Assembly: GCA_964016885.1 (NCBI GenBank)
Contig: OZ024747.1
Location: 49,352,001 to 49,416,000 of the forward strand
Direction of reading: 5' to 3'
DNA: 64,000 nt
From: Eledone cirrhosa
Lineage: Eukaryota
Under the pieces are notes generated by a model. It was not told where the DNA came from and ran no database searches. It was given only the letters and a program-made list of their open reading frames with translations. The position numbers and the translations under genes were made by a program. Of the stretch, positions 17,990 to 32,400 are shown in pieces; position 1 is the first letter of the stretch; every line of letters begins with the position of its first letter.

Positions 17990-18760
17990 TGCACACAACA
18001 CCCAGGTCTCGGTATCATGTAGCGTTGCTGTTCGTAAACACACCTCATAATCTGCCGTTCATTTTGAGGGTAAAACCTTTCGTAGCTTTCCTGAACTTTC
18101 TCCATCTCATTCTCACTCTGGCTACTATACTTTCAGAACACACACCTCCACTGCTAATTTGATCACCCAGGTAACAAAAGCTATCAACTACTTCTACAGA
18201 ACCTTCTAAGAATTTGATAGTGCTTGTCTCCTCTGAATGTTGCTTACTGCTCCTGTGTGTCAACCACAAGTAAAACCTACTATCTTTGCTAGCCTGCCTG
18301 AGATCTCGCTACATTCACAAGAGATATAGTAGGATCTCAGGCAGGCTAGCAAAGAACATAGTTTGCATTTGGGACAAAAGGTGGAATTACTACCACCCCT
18401 TTCTTACACACTGAGCAGGGCCTTCTTTTCCTTAAGTGATCAGGGCTTTCTTTTCCTTTCTACTTGTTAGGACTTTAGTCTTTACCAAGTTGACTTTAAG
18501 ACCTTTTGATTCAAAGTTATGCTTCCAGGTCAGGAATTTTTTTCTGTAGTTTTGCCATAGATTCAGCTATGAGAGTTAGATCACCAGCATGCAGGAGTTC
18601 CGAAGGGCAGCCAGTATTAAACTCTTCTGTTATAGCCTGGAGGACAATGATAAGCAGGAGAGGGCTAAGGATGGAGCCCTGGTGGACTCCCAACATGCAT
18701 GCTAAACTCCTCACTATAGTCATTATTAATTTTAACCTTGCTGACAGCACCTCTGTACAC
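17990..18760 (-). mobile_element. Decayed RTE fragment
   Basis: GVHQGSILSPLLL, GCPSELLHAGD and VDSFCYLGDQISSGG in broken minus-strand frames. Confidence 0.85.
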
Positions 18761-18913
18761 ATTACATATAAGAGATATGAATACAAAGTCTGTGTGTGTC
18801 CATAGATGCAGAGAGTGAGAGATATTTCATCTAACAAATTGGCTATATAAATAATCTTATGTTTGAGATAAACTATCAATTTTGTGATTAAACAATACAA
18901 CTGGTGGTTTAAA

Positions 18914-19371
18914 CCCTTTTGTTACCATAGTTTTAATGAATGATACTGCTCATGATTTTAAAATAACTTGGAAAATAATCAAGAATTTGGAAGGATTTAG
19001 TAATATAACTAAATTTTGCATTATTAATCTGATGTTTGGAACATAACTTAGTCTTTCATAAAATTCTGATAGAGGGTTTTTAGGTAAATATAAACATTTT
19101 AAAATGATCAGTTTAGTATCATAAAACTGTAGGGTGCATATGTATGTACAATCTGAGTTAAATTCCCATTGTCAATTCTCCCTTTATATCACTCTGTCAC
19201 ATCTTCCCTGTCACCCTAGGAGAAATCGACTCTGTTCAGACCTAGAGAGGGTTCTGTCAGTTTTAAAATGCCCAAGAAACAGCATATATCAGTGCTCCTA
19301 CCACTCTAGTAAGAGTTAATGGTTAGATTATAGAATTAGGGAAGGTGTCAGATAGTTTGGTATCAGGAGGG
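18914..19371. mobile_element. Possible old piggyBac-like non-autonomous element
   Basis: ttaaa|cccttttgttacca ... tggtatcaggaggg|ttaa: degenerate TIR and TTAA-like flanks. Confidence 0.4.
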
Positions 19372-19747
19372 TTAATTGGCATCACCTGGGTTAGTCATAA
19401 TAGTTTCTATTGTTTTATATTGGTTGTTTACTTGCATATCTTTCACTACATTATTCTGTGTTTTCTTTAAGAGAGTTGTGTGTGTGATTTGAGGAAAATT
19501 TAGTTGCTATTTCTATTCAGGGAGATTCAGCATGAGACCGTATGTAACAAACTGACTTTTGAATTGCAAGTCCTGTCTATTTGATGGGCTTCTAAAGTTT
19601 TCAGTCATCCAATTTCACGCGTGAGTTCACCTGAGACTCTGGTAAATGACATGGGTTCACTTGAGATTATGGTAAGCGATGTATGACCAACATACCATGC
19701 AGTGAAATCCAACCAAGGACTTAATGATGACAAGATGTACCACAGAT

Positions 19748-19889
19748 ATGCTGTGTTGACACATAGGTTTACACACAACCATCTTAACTGTCTCCGGCCA
19801 TGCTGTGTTGACACATAGGTTTACACAGAACCATCTTAACTGTCTCCGGCCATGCTGTGTTGACACATAGGTTTACACAGAACCATCTT
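19748..19889. repeat. ~52-bp tandem repeat, about 2.7 copies
   Basis: Unit atgctgtgttgacacataggtttacacagaaccatcttaactgtctccggcc. Confidence 0.9.
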
Positions 19890-21040
19890 GCCTCCCAAAA
19901 GTATTATTTCCATTATTTGTATCAGGCTCTGATATCACAGTTATCAGATAACGACTGACCATTGTCTAAGTTGTGTACAAAATTAATAAATAACTTACAT
20001 TTATTATCTATAACTGAGCAGATAATTAGAGATAGTAGACTGTTATATTAATTAGAGATACTTATATTAACGCAATGAAAGTTAATGACTCACAATATGG
20101 TTTATGAAGAAATTCAAAGGACAAAATCTACATTTTTTTTTTTTTGTGGCAGTCAATACAGAATTGAAAAACATCTCCAAATTTATTTATTTTGTTTAAG
20201 ATGAAATTCCATATTTTCTGGTGTAGACACTCCAAACTGAAAGATGTACTCCAAATTTAACTTGAAAACATTGAAAATGTGCCTAGTACACTCTGTAGAG
20301 TTCTTGATAATCAATTGAAAACAACATAGGATAGAGAAGACTCTTTAGTCCTATTGAGGACATGACAACCTCTCTAGTACTGGTGCTATATGTATTTGGG
20401 GAGAGTAATAACTTTGACTAAGAACTTTCAGACAATGACAACCTACCCAGCCGATGATGTGGTTGTTGGGTGTATACATTGTTTAATGTCCATTTTCCAC
20501 GCTAGAATAAGCTAGCGTGGAAAATGGACATTAAACAATGATGATTTCTGACACCTAAAACTTGAACTCAGAACACAAACAACTGGAACAAATACTGCAT
20601 GGCTCTCTAACAATTGTACCAGCTTTGTCTGTAACTTTATTTATTGGCCCTAGAAGGATGAAGGGTAAAGTTGACATTGGCAGGATTGGAACTTAGAACT
20701 TAAGGGATCAGAATAGATACAAGACATTTTGTCTGATGCTCTGCCAATTCACCACGTCACATTAAAAAAAAAAAAAAATCCTCTAGATTCTAAAACATTG
20801 ATAACAAAGTTGTTGTCTTATTTAAATTGTGTACTTTGAAATTAAGAGTTAATAAAAATCGTGTCCTTCACTATAATTGACCGACTCATACTGGCCAATG
20901 TTGAGACCTCTGCTGTCCTCAGTCTCCAAAGTACTATGTTCCTTTGCAAAATTGGGAGAAGCTCCATGAGGAGGAGTGGCTGATGTAGTAGGTATTGCTG
21001 GCAACATTTTTACCATCTTGTCTATGGTGTACAACTGAGA

Positions 21041-22723
21041 TATACCATCAAGACAAGGTTCTAGTTTACCCCTTCCTCCTTATACCATCAAGACTAGGGT
21101 CTAGTTTACCCCTCCCTCCTTATACCATCAAGACTGGGGTCTAGTTTACCCTCCCTCCTTATACCATCAAGACTGGGGTCTAGTTTACCCCTCCCTCCTT
21201 ATGCCATCAAGACTGGGGTCTAGTTTACCCCTTCCTCCTTATACCATCAAGACTGGGGTCTAGTTTACCCCTTCCTCCTTATACCATCAAGACTGGGGTC
21301 TAGTTTACCCCTTCCTCCTTATACCATCAAGACTGGGGTCTAGTTTACCCCTTCCTCCTTATACCATCAAGACTGGGGTCTAGTTTACCCCTTCCTCCTT
21401 ATACCATCAAGACTGGGGTCTAGTTTACCCCTTCCTCCTTATACCATCAAGACTGGGGTCTAGTTTACCCCTTCCTCCTTATACCATCAAGACTGGGGTC
21501 TAGTTTACCCCTCCCTCCTTATACCATCAAGACTGGGGTCTAGTTTACCCCTCCCTCCTTATACCATCAAGACTGGGGTCTAGTTTACCCCTCCCTCCTT
21601 ATACCATCAAGACTGGGGTCTAGTTTACCCCTTCCTCCTTATACCATCAAGACTGGGGTCTAGTTTACCCCTCCCTCCTTATACCATCAAGACTGGGGTC
21701 TAGTTTACCCCTCCCTCCTTATACCATCAAGACTGGGGTCTAGTTTACCCCTTCCTCCTTATACCATCAAGACTGGGGTCTAGTTTACCCCTCCCTCCTT
21801 ATACCATCAAGACTGGGGTCTAGTTTACCCCTTCCTCCTTATACCATCAAGACTGGGGTCTAGTTTACCCCTCCCTCCTTATACCATCAAGACTGGGGTC
21901 TAGTTTACCCCTTCCTCCTTATACCATCAAGACTGGGGTCTAGTTTACCCCTCCCTCCTTATACCATCAAGACTAGGGTCTAGTTTACCCCTCCCTCCTT
22001 ATACCATCAAGACTGGGGTCTAGTTTACCCCTCCCCTCCTTATACCATCAAGACTGGGGTCTAGTTTACCCCTCCCTCCTTATACCATCAAGACTGGGGT
22101 CTAGTTTACCCCTTCCTCCTTATACCATCAAGACTGGGGTCTAGTTTACCCCTCCCTCCTTATACCATCAAGACTGGGGTCTAGTTTACCCCTTCCTCCT
22201 TATACCATCAAGACTGGGGTCTAGTTTACCCCTTCCTCCTTATACCATCAAGACTGGGGTCTAGTTTACCCCTCCCTCCTTATACCATCAAGACTAGGGT
22301 CTAGTTTACCCCTCCCTCCTTATACCATCAAGACTAGGGTCTAGTTTACCCCTCCCCTCCTTATACCATCAAGACTGGGGTCTAGTTTACCCCTCCCTCC
22401 TTATACCATCAAGACTGGGGTCTAGTTTACCCCTTCCCTCCTTATACCATCAAGACTGGGGTCTAGTTACCCCTTCCCTCCTTATACCATCAAGACTGGG
22501 GTCTAGTTACCCCTCCCCTCCTTATACCATCAAAACTGGGGTCTAGTTTACCTCTTCCTCCTTATACCATCAAGACTGGGGTCTAGTTACCCCTTCCCTC
22601 CTTATACCATCAAGACTGGGGTCTAGTTACCCCTCCCCTCCTTATACCATCAAAACTGGGGTCTAGTTTACCCCTTCCTCCTTATACCATCAAAACTGGG
22701 GTCTAGTTACCCCTTTACTCCTT
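21041..22723. repeat. 40-bp minisatellite, about 42 copies
   Basis: Unit ataccatcaagactggggtctagtttacccc(t/c)tcctcctt, with two main variants and an internal ggggt/acccc hairpin; no unique spacers. Confidence 0.97.
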
Positions 22724-22818
22724 CTGTTACTTTCAATATATGATTTGATTGAAATTGATTATATATCAATATCTCTAAAATATAGTTTCAATGTCTTTTG
22801 TTGTTGTTTTTATTTCAG

Positions 22819-22929
22819 ACGACAAGAGAGGAGTTTGGTAGCCATGAGTACTGTGTGAGGCGTCGCTACAATGATTTTATATGGTTACGCCAGAGACTAG
22901 AAGATGGATATCCAACACATTTGGTGCCT
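22819..22929 (+). CDS. SNX30: SNX30/7-like exon B (PX domain, RRY motif)
   Basis: tttcag|ACG ... CCT|gtaagt; 111 nt; TTREEFGSHEYCVRRRYNDFIWLRQRLEDGYPTHLVP has the PX RRYxDFxWL motif. Confidence 0.95.
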
Positions 22930-23340
22930 GTAAGTGGAAAACATTTCTTCACTTTTGTTTTACTTTTATTAGAAATATTTAACATTTTTTTTTTTACACC
23001 AACGTGCTCAAAACTAGCTCTGGTTCTATGAAACAAAACCACCAATATTACAGGGTTCCTATCTAAATTAAAATATTCCAACATAATTTTATATATGAAC
23101 CATGTTAAATTATTCTCTTAGTAATGAAATGATTAATTTTAGTAAATCCCTCAAAATTCTTTAATTGAAATTAAATGTATTTTATTAGAAATACAGTCAT
23201 GAAGTCATTAATTATCACATATATTCAGATATAAGCTGACCCCACCCCCTAGTTTATGTAAGAGAAATGGACAAAAATCCATACCCTGTTTATAAGCCGA
23301 GACAGCTAATCAACACATTATGTTTAAGTGTCATTTAGAG

Positions 23341-23658
23341 CAGGGGTTGCCAACCTTTTGGATTCAGGGACCACTAAATTCATGATTTTAAATCCCGTTG
23401 ACAGACTAATATGAATTTTTTTTAAACGATAATTACATTTGTAAAATAATGATCAGAGAACTTCCATTTTATTAATATGAAATGCACCTTAAAACATTTT
23501 TAGGGCTGTTCTAAAATATATTTTTACCGAATATTATTTTTGTTTTATAATTAATAAAACATAAAAATTGCAAATAATGTCCAAATTTTTCTGCGGACCA
23601 CCAAAAAATTTTCTCTTGGACCACCAGTGATCTGCGAACCATCGGTTAATGACCGCTG
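23341..23658. mobile_element. hAT (Charlie-like) MITE
   Basis: CAGGGG... / ...ccgCTG termini, 8-bp target duplication atttagag/atatagag (1 mismatch), subterminal ggacca repeats. Confidence 0.75.
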
Positions 23659-23999
23659 ATATAGAGTATAATTATTGTTTCAAACTCCATTACTTAATGA
23701 TTTTTTTTTTTTGCTATTTCAATTTCATCTATTTTAGTTTCAACAAGTTTCTCAAATGCTTACTTCCAGCCACTCACATGCTGGGAGTAGTTGAAAGCAA
23801 AATATCAAATAAGACTCACATGCTGAGCAGGGAAAATGGCCTTATTATGCTTGTTGTTTGTAAGATCTACAAAATATTTTCAAAATCTATTTTTTCCCCA
23901 CAAGTTAGTCATTTTTTTAGTCAAAATTTTAATTCAATAAAAAGATAATGAAAGGGGAGGGAACTGAGGGGCAGACTCTACACCTAATTATATAGAAAA

Positions 24000-24638
24000 A
24001 CTAGCAGTGGTACCCGGCGTTGCATGGGATAAGGTATTTTGGAACGCGGGCCGCCAACAGACGTGGAAAAACTGCTTGCCTGGATAATATGTAAAGAAAA
24101 TAAACCGAATACTCTGATGGCTAGATAATCTTTAAGATTTTCCTCGATGAAGCAGGAAAAATGCAGGTTTTCTCCTAATGCGGGCCCTAGGGTATCAAGA
24201 AAATGAATTTTTTTTATGTGCATAATATGCCTTTAAATTTTGGGAAAATCGGCTAGACGTAACGCCTCAAAAAAGCCCTAAAAAGCTGAAAAAATGTTTT
24301 TCACCTAATGTGGGCCCTAGGCCATAAAAAAGTTTGATTTTCTTTGCTCACAGTATGAAGAGACTGACTAATACATAGTTACAATTTCAAGGAAATCAGT
24401 CTGACGTAACGCCTCAAAGAACCCCTAAAAAGGTGAAAAAACGCAGCTTTTCACCTAATGCGGGCCCTAGGGGATCAAAAAGTTGAATTTTTTTATGTGC
24501 ATAACACTCCCTGAAACAAGTAATACGCATGTAAAGTAAAAAAAAAATCGGTTGGGTACTTCTCGAGTTTTAGGGATTCACAGACACAGACATACATCCT
24601 CCCTCCCTCCCTGCCTCAGTTTTATATATATATATATA
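24000..24638. mobile_element. Helitron/Helentron-like non-autonomous element
   Basis: Begins actagcagtggtacccggcgttgcatggga; three internal copies of cctaatgcgggccctagg; ends aaatcggtt...acagacacagacatacat...(ta)n. Layout resembles HINE/DINE-type elements; family call is from recall. Confidence 0.55.
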
Positions 24639-24771
24639 GATGAAGAAGCTTGTCAAGGGGCCTGAAAGGCTAAACCCCCCCCCACACACACACCTCATCC
24701 TGACTTTACTTGGGAAGATGGCCCTAAAATACTTGTTAGTTATTTTTCAATGTTTTGTGTTTTATTTACAG

Positions 24772-24933
24772 CCTCTCCCTGCTAAGCACAGCCTCCGACG
24801 TTTGGATCGTTTCAGTTCTGAGTTTCTAAGAGTACGACAACAAGCATTACAGAAATTCCTCACTAGAATCGCTGATCATCCAGTCTTATCATTTGACAAA
24901 CATTTCCATGTATTTCTCACTGCTAAAGCTTGG
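24772..24933 (+). CDS. SNX30: SNX30/7-like exon C (end of PX domain)
   Basis: ttacag|CCT ... TGG|gtaagg; 162 nt; [54 protein letters not shown] completes PPLPxK and the RxxxLxxFL helix. Confidence 0.95.
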
Positions 24934-25147
24934 GTAAGGCTTTCACCTCTCTCTCTCTTTCTCTCTCGCTCTCTTTCTCTCTCGCTCTCGCTCTCTATCT
25001 CTCTCTCGAAAAGGTCTGAGACTCCCTGTTGCCAACCCTGGATAATAGGTCCTAAGTGCAGTAGCAGTGGTGAAGTGTCTGCAGAATCAACTTTAAGCTC
25101 CACTCCAGTTTTCCCTGTGTTATCTATATTTTGTGTTAAAATTTCAG

Positions 25148-25343
25148 GAATTCAATGCCCATAAAAAGAAAGGACAAGGTTTGATCAGTCGAGTGACCAA
25201 CTCCCTTCACAATATAAGTGCTTCATATATGATGAAAAACCGACCTCCTGAGTTTGCAGCTATGCATGATTATGTGCAGTCTTTTGGTGATAAACTGGCA
25301 TCGGTAGATCGGATTACTCAGCGAATACTTAAAGAACAAACTG
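25148..25343 (+). CDS. SNX30: SNX30/7-like exon D (linker and BAR start)
   Basis: tttcag|GAA ... ACT G|gtaagt; 196 nt, ends in phase 1; [16 protein letters not shown]...[34 protein letters not shown]. Confidence 0.93.
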
Positions 25344-26223
25344 GTAAGTAAAGAGGACAGTTTAGATTTATAGTTATTCATATTTTAATCATTTTTTATG
25401 TTCAATTTCCACATTGGGATGGGTTGGACAAGCTGTCATAATCTGACTCTAGACTGGTCAAAGAAACATGTCTTGCTCATATGTTCCATATTTCTAGCAT
25501 GCCTTTTTTTTTTTATTTTTGTCTGGGTGCCCTTTCTAACACCAACCCACTTTACAACATGTACTGGGAGCATTTTATCATGGCATAAATGTGACAGTTT
25601 GTCAAGTTCTTGTGGTTAGGGTGCTGGACTCATGATCTCACCCTCAGTTCAATTCCTGGAAAGGGCAGTGAATTTTATTCCTGAGAAAGATGCTTAATTT
25701 CATGTTGCTTTTCATGATAGAACTGGGACCGCTATTATTAAAACACCAGACAAACCTCTTAGATGCAACCTCATAAGAGGCTAGATAAACCTAGATAGCT
25801 CTGAGCTGTAAATCTCACTTTTTTTTATATACAATCATCATCATCATCATTGTTTAATGTCTATTTTCCATACTTGCATGGGTTAGATGAGTCAGGTCAG
25901 AGGACAAGTCTTGCTCATGTGGAACTGTTTCTGGTTTGGTTTGGTTCCTAATGCCAACCACCTTACAGGGAGGGCTGGGTGCCTTTTGTTGTGTTACTGG
26001 CACAATCACCTTACAGGGAGGACTGGCTGCTTTTTGTCATGTTACCAGTGATATAGAAACATTGGTGGTGATTCTGTCTTCAAGGTAATATAGAAAAACA
26101 AGTTTGTAGTTGTGTTTCTATACAATATGGAGTATAGAAATATAATCATGTTTGATTATTTACCAAATTAGAATTACACTTATAAAACTGTATTAATTTC
26201 TTTATTTCTTTGCATTTTTCTAG

Positions 26224-26354
26224 AATATGTAGAAGAATTAAATGATTGGAGTCCAGTCTACACACTTTGGTCAAATTCTGAAGATAAACTGACCCCAGCT
26301 CTTCTGACAATGTCCAGAGCGATAGAAGCAAACTGTGTGGCTATTAAAGAATCT
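26224..26354 (+). CDS. SNX30: SNX30/7-like exon E (BAR)
   Basis: Not in the ORF track. ttctag|AA TAT ... TCT|gtgagt; 131 nt; phase matches exon D; (E)YVEELNDWSPVYTLWSNSEDKLTPALLTMSRAIEANCVAIKES has the PxYTLWSxSE motif of SNX7/30. Confidence 0.92.
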
Positions 26355-26422
26355 GTGAGTGATCAAACTTACATTTGTTATATTGATTTTATTATCTTTC
26401 AATGGTAGCAACTAATACATCT

Positions 26423-29400
26423 ACTGGCTACTACAGCCACACACTGGCTACTACACACACTGGCTACTATACACACTGGCTACTACACACACTGGCTACT
26501 ACACACACTGGCTACTACACACACTGGCTACTACACACACTGGCTACTACACACACTGGCTACTACACACACTGGCTACTACACACACTGGCTACTACAC
26601 ACACTGGCTACTACACACACTGGCTACTACACACACTGGCTACTACACACACTGGCTACTACACACACTGGCTACTATACACACTGGCTACTACACACAC
26701 TGGCTACTACATACACTGGCTACTACACACACTGGCTACTACAGCCACACACTGGCTACTACATATACTGGCTACTACAGCCACACACTGGCTACTACAC
26801 ACACTGGCTACTACACACACTGGCTACTACACACACTGGCTACTACACATACTGGCTACTACACATACTGGCTACTACATACACTGGCTACTACACACAC
26901 TGGCTACTACACATACTGGCTACTACAGCCACACACTGGCTACTACACACACTGGCTACTACACACACTGGCTACTACACACACTGGCTACTACACACAC
27001 TGGCTACTACACACACTGGCTACTACACACACTGGCTACTACATACACTGGCTACTACACACACTGGCTACTACACACACTGGCTACTACACACACTGGC
27101 TACTACACACACTGGCTACTACACACACTAGCTACTACACACACTGGCTACTACATACACTGGCTACTACACACACTGGCTACTACACACACTGGCTACT
27201 ACACACACTGGCTACTACACACACTGGCTACTACACACACTGGCTACTACACACACTGGCTACTACATACACTGGCTACTACACATACTGGCTACTACAC
27301 ACACTGGCTACTACACACACTGGCTACTACACACACTGGCTACTACATACACTGGCTACTACACACACTGGCTACTACACACACTGGCTACTACACACAC
27401 TGGCTACTACACACACTAGCTACTACACACACTGGCTACTACATACACTGGCTACTACACACACTGGCTACTACACACACTGGCTACTACACACACTGGC
27501 TACTACACACACTGGCTACTACACACACTGGCTACTACACACACTGGCTACTACATACACTGGCTACTACACACACTGGCTACTACACACACTGGCTACT
27601 ACACACACTGGCTACTACACACACTGGCTACTACATACACTGGCTACTACACACACTGGCTACTACACACACTGGCTACTACACACACTGGCTACTACAC
27701 ACACTGGCTACTACACACACTGGCTACTACACACACTGGCTACTACACACACTGGCTACTACACACACTGGCTACTACACACACTGGCTACTACACACAC
27801 TGGCTACTACACACACTGGCTACTACACACACTGGCTACTACACACACTGGCTACTACACACACTGGCTACTACACACACTGGCTACTACACACACTGGC
27901 TACTACATACACTGGCTACTACATACACTGGCTACTACACATACTGACTACTACAGCCACACACTGGCTACTACACACACTGGCTACTACAGCCACACAC
28001 TGGCTACTACAGCCACACACTGGCTACTACACACACTGACTACTACAGCCACACACTGGCTACTACACATACTGACTACTACACACACTGGCTACTACAG
28101 CCACACACTGGCTACTACACATACTGGCTACTACAGCCACACACTGGCTACTACACATACTGACTACTACAGCCACACACTGGCTACTACACATACTGAC
28201 TACTACAGCCACACACTGGCTACTACACATACTGACTACTACAGCCACACACTGGCTACTACACACACTGACTACTACAGCCACACACTGGCTACTACAC
28301 ATACTGACTACTACAGCCACACACTGGCTACTACACACACTGACTACTACAGCCACACACTGGCTACTACACATACTGACTACTACAGCCACACACTGGC
28401 TACTACACACACTGACTACTACAGCCACACACTGGCTACTACACATACTGACTACTACAGCCACACACTGGCTACTACACACACTGACTACTACAGCCAG
28501 ACACTGACTACTACACATACTGACTACTACAGCCACACACTGACTACTACACACACTGACTACTACAGCCACACACTGACTACTACACACACTGGCTACT
28601 ACACACACTAGCTACTACACACACTGGCTACTACATACACTGGCTACTACACATACTGGCTACTACACATACTGGCTACTACATACACTGGCTACTACAC
28701 ACACTGGCTACTACACATACTGGCTACTACAGCCACACACTGGCTACTACACACACTGGCTACTACACACACTGGCTACTACACACACTGGCTACTACAC
28801 ACACTGGCTACTACACACACTGGCTACTACACACACTGGCTACTACATACACTGGCTACTACACACACTGGCTACTACACACACTGGCTACTACACACAC
28901 TGGCTACTACACACACTGGCTACTACACACACTAGCTACTACACACACTGGCTACTACATACACTGGCTACTACACACACTGGCTACTACACACACTGGC
29001 TACTACACACACTGGCTACTACACACACTGGCTACTACACACACTGGCTACTACACACACTGGCTACTACATACACTGGCTACTACACATACTGGCTACT
29101 ACACACACTGGCTACTACACACACTGGCTACTACACACACTGGCTACTACATACACTGGCTACTACACACACTGGCTACTACACACACTGGCTACTACAC
29201 ACACTGGCTACTACACACACTAGCTACTACACACACTGGCTACTACATACACTGGCTACTACACACACTGGCTACTACACACACTGGCTACTACACACAC
29301 TGGCTACTACACACACTGGCTACTACACACACTGGCTACTACACACACTGGCTACTACATACACTGGCTACTACACACACTGGCTACTACACACACTGGC

Positions 29401-32400
29401 TACTACACACACTGGCTACTACACACACTGGCTACTACATACACTGGCTACTACACACACTGGCTACTACACACACTGGCTACTACACACACTGGCTACT
29501 ACACACACTGGCTACTACACACACTGGCTACTACACACACTGGCTACTACACACACTGGCTACTACACACACTGGCTACTACACACACTGGCTACTACAC
29601 ACACTGGCTACTACACACACTGGCTACTACACACACTGGCTACTACACACACTGGCTACTACACACACTGGCTACTACACACACTGGCTACTACACACAC
29701 TGGCTACTACATACACTGGCTACTACATACACTGGCTACTACACATACTGACTACTACAGCCACACACTGGCTACTACACACACTGGCTACTACAGCCAC
29801 ACACTGGCTACTACAGCCACACACTGGCTACTACACACACTGACTACTACAGCCACACACTGGCTACTACACATACTGACTACTACACACACTGGCTACT
29901 ACAGCCACACACTGGCTACTACACATACTGGCTACTACAGCCACACACTGGCTACTACACATACTGACTACTACAGCCACACACTGGCTACTACACATAC
30001 TGACTACTACAGCCACACACTGGCTACTACACATACTGACTACTACAGCCACACACTGGCTACTACACACACTGACTACTACAGCCACACACTGGCTACT
30101 ACACATACTGACTACTACAGCCACACACTGGCTACTACACACACTGACTACTACAGCCACACACTGGCTACTACACATACTGACTACTACAGCCACACAC
30201 TGGCTACTACACACACTGACTACTACAGCCACACACTGGCTACTACACATACTGACTACTACAGCCACACACTGGCTACTACACACACTGACTACTACAG
30301 CCAGACACTGACTACTACACATACTGACTACTACAGCCACACACTGACTACTACACACACTGACTACTACAGCCACACACTGACTACTACACACACTGGC
30401 TACTACAGCCACACACTGGCTACTACACATACTGACTACTACAGCCACACACTGACTACTACACATACTGGCTACTACAGCCACACACTTGCTACTACAC
30501 ACACTGGCTACTACACACACTGACTACTACAGCCACACACTGGCTACTACAGCCACACACTGGCTACTACACATACTGGCTACTACAGCCACACACTGGC
30601 TACTACAGCCACACACTCGCTACTACAGCCACACACTGACTACTACAGCCACACACTGGCTACTACACATACTGGCTACTACAGCCACACACTGGCTACT
30701 ACACATACTGACTACTACAGCCATACACTGGCTACTACACACACTGACTACTACAGCCACACACTGGCTACTACACATACTGACTACTACAGCCACACAC
30801 TGGCTACTACACATACTGACTACTACAGCCACACACTGGCTACTACACATACTGACTACTACAGCCACACTGGCTACTACACACACTGACTACTACAGCC
30901 ACACACTGGCTACTACACATACTGACTACTACAGCCACACACTGACTACTACAGCCACACACTGGCTACTACACATACTGCCTACTACAGCCACACACTG
31001 GCTACTACACACACTGACTACTACAGCCACACACTGGCTACTACACATACTGACTACTACAGCCACACACTGACTACTACAGCCACACACTGGCTACTAC
31101 ACATACTGCCTACTACAGCCACACACTGGCTACTACACATACTGCCTACTACAGCCACACACTGGCTACTACACATACTGGCTACTACAGCCACACACTG
31201 GCTACTACACATACTGACTACTACAGCCACACACTGGCTACTACACACACTGACTACTACAGCCACACACTGGCTACTACACATACTGGCTACTATACAC
31301 ACTGGCTACTACAGCCACACACTGGCTACTACACATACTGGCTACTACAGCCACACACTGGCTACTACACATACTGGCTACTACAGCCACACACTGGCTA
31401 CTACACATACTGACTACTACAGCCACACACTGGCTACTACACATACTGGCTACTACACACACTGGCTACTACACATACTGGCTACTACAGCCACACACTG
31501 GCTACTACACACACTGACTACTACAGCCACACACTGGCTACTACACATACTGGCTACTACAGCCACACACTGGCTACTACACATACTGGCTACTACAGCC
31601 ACACACTGGCTACTACACATACTGGCTACTACAGCCACACACTGGCTACTACACATACTGGCTACTACAGCCACACACTGGCTACTACACACACTGACTA
31701 CTACAGCCACACACTGGCTACTACACATACTGGCTACTACAGCCACACACTGGCTACTACACATACTGGCTACTACAGCCACACACTGGCTACTACACAC
31801 ACTGGCTACTACAGCCACACACTGGCTACTACACATACTGACTACTACAGCCACACACTGGCTACTACACATACTGGCTACTACAGCCACACACTGGCTA
31901 CTACACATACTGGCTACTACAGCCACACACTGGCTACTACACATACTGGCTACTACAGCCACACACTGGCTACTACACATACTGGCTACTACACACACTG
32001 GCTACTACAGCCACACACTGGCTACTACACATACTGCCTACTACAGCCACACACTGGCTACTACACATACTGGCTACTACACACACTGGCTACTACAGCC
32101 ACACACTGGCTACTACACACACTGGCTACTACAGCCACACACTGGCTACTACAGCCACACACTGGCTACTACAGCCACACACTGGCTACTACACACACTG
32201 GCTACTACACATACTGGCTACTACACATACTGGCTACTACAGCCACACACTGGCTACTACACATACTGACTACTACAGCCACACACTGGCTACTACACAT
32301 ACTGGCTACTACACACACTGGCTACTACAGCCACACACTGGCTACTACACATACTGCCTACTACAGCCACACACTGGCTACTACACATACTGGCTACTAC

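Noticed and set aside
21041-22723. CRISPR-like appearance of a hairpin-containing 40-bp repeat
   Set aside because: Head-to-tail units with no unique spacers, no cas genes, eukaryotic intron.
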